This document shows positions 62,255 to 64,000 of a stretch of DNA of 64,000 nucleotides, piece after piece. Source of the DNA: Mizuhopecten yessoensis (lineage: Eukaryota). The translations under genes and the position numbers were made by a program. The stretch is from NCBI RefSeq assembly GCF_002113885.1, contig NW_018408727.1:276334-340333 (forward strand), in the 5' to 3' direction. The notes beneath the pieces were generated by a model. That model did no database searches and was not told the DNA's origin. It was given only the letters and a program-made list of their open reading frames with translations. Position 1 is the stretch's first letter. Every line of letters begins with the position of its first letter.

Positions 62255-64000
62255 GATGCTGTACACACGCGTTTTAACAAACTGTACATGACAGTTTACT
62301 CTTTATTGATGTTGTACCCACGCGTTTTGACAAACTGCATGACAGTTTACTCGTTATTGATGTTGTACGCACGCGTTTTGACAAAATGTACTTGTCAGTT
62401 TACTCTTTATTGATGTTGTACACCCGTGTTTTGACAAACTGTACATGACAGTTTACTATTTATTGATGTTGTACACACGTGTTTTGTCAAACTGTACATG
62501 ACAGTTTACTCTTTATTCATGTTGTACACACGTGTTTTGACAAACCGTACATGACAGTTTACTCTTTATTGATATTCTACGCACGCGTTTCGACAAACTG
62601 ACAGTTTACTCTTTATTGATGATGTACACACGCGTTTTGACAAACTGTACATGACAGATTACTCTTTATTGATGTTGTACACACGCGTTGTGACAAACTG
62701 TACATGACAGTTTACTCTATATTGATGATGTACACACGCGTTTTGAAAAACTGTACATGACAGTTTACTCTTTATTAATGTTGTACACACGCGTTTTGAC
62801 AAACTGTACATGACAGATTACTCTTTATTGATGTTGTACACACGGGTTTTGACAAACTGTACATGACAGTTTACTTTATATTGATGATGTACACACGCGT
62901 TTTGACAAACTGACAGTTTACTCTTTATTGTTGTTGAACACACGTGTTTTGACAAACTGACCGTTTAATCTTTATTGATGTTATACACACGTGTTTTGAC
63001 AAACTATACATGACAGTTTACTCTTTATTAATGTTGTACACACGCGTTTTGACAAACTGACAGTTTACTCTTTATTGATGTTGTCCACACGTGTGTTGAC
63101 AAACTGTACATGACAGTTTACTATTTATTGATGTTGTACACACGCGTTTTGACGAACTGTACATGACAGTTTACTCTTTATTAATGTTGTACACACGCGT
63201 TTTGACAAACTGACAGTTTACTCTTTATTGTTGTTGAACACACGTGTTTTGACAAACTGACAGTTTACTCTTTATTGATGTTGTACGCACGCGTTTTGAC
63301 AAAATGTACTTGTCAGTTTACTCTTTATTGATGTTGTACACACGTGTTTTGACAAACTATACATGACAGTTTACTCTTTATTAATGTTGTACACACGCGT
63401 TTTGACAAACTGCATGACAGTTTACTCGTTATTGATGTTGTACGCACGCGTTTTGACAAACTGTACATGACAGTTTACTTTTTATTGATGTTGTACACAC
63501 GCGTTTTGACAAACTGTACATGACAGTTTACTCTTTATTGGTGTTGTTCACACGTGTTTTGACAAACTGTACATGACAGTTTACTCTTTATTAATGTTGT
63601 ACACACGCGTTTTGAAAAACTGTACATGACAGTTTACTCTTTATTCATGTTGTACACACGTGTTTTGACAAACTGTACATGACAATTTACTCTTTATTGA
63701 TGTTGTACACACGTGTTTTGACAAACTGTACATGACAGTTTACTCTTTATTGATGTTCTACGCACGCGTTTTGACAAACTGACAGTTTACTCTTTATTGA
63801 TGTTGTACACACGCGTTTTGACAAACTGTACATTACAGTTTACTCTTTATTGATGTTGTACACACGTGTTTTGACAAACTGACAGTTTACTCTTTATTGT
63901 TGTTGAACACACGTGTTTTGACAAACTGACAGTTTACTCTTTATTGATGTTGCACACACGTGTTTTGACAAACTGACAGTTTACTCTTTAATGATGTTGT
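62255..64000. repeat. 53-bp satellite with a 47-bp deletion variant, running off the window end
   Basis: Unit gacagtttactctttattgatgttgtacacacgcgttttgacaaact(gtacat). Confidence 0.97.

Overview
Eukaryotic, AT-rich, intron-containing animal DNA. The SINE, Helentron/HINE-type and satellite repeats look like those of a bivalve mollusc (inference). Five protein-coding genes can be built by hand from GT-AG exons: (1) a divergent intronless profilin (311-745, -); (2) an intronless inducible-type HSP70 with heat-shock elements and a TATA box (8153-10051, +); (3) a 25-exon SMC6 (15431-33176, +, 1103 aa); (4) a 6-exon HNF-class homeobox gene of the HMBOX1 type (41362-37048, -, 442 aa); (5) a 4-exon cytosolic protein with the architecture TIR-SAM-TIR-TIR (43077-55146, +, 690 aa). 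In gene 5, two TIRs keep the Glu at the catalytic position and the third has Asp. It is the most interesting gene here, and about 4 kb downstream lies a 50-bp tandem repeat packed with NF-kB-type GGGGATTCCCC motifs. The non-coding DNA holds many minisatellites, several seeded on SMC6 exon/intron junctions. It also holds MITEs, nested insertions, SINEs, a miniature LTR element with tRNA-like LTRs, and a TTAA-flanked TIR element family carrying a tRNA-like cassette. Single 'n' bases at 4021, 4761, 29594 and 37630 probably mark assembly gaps. All family assignments come from motif recognition by eye, not database searches.
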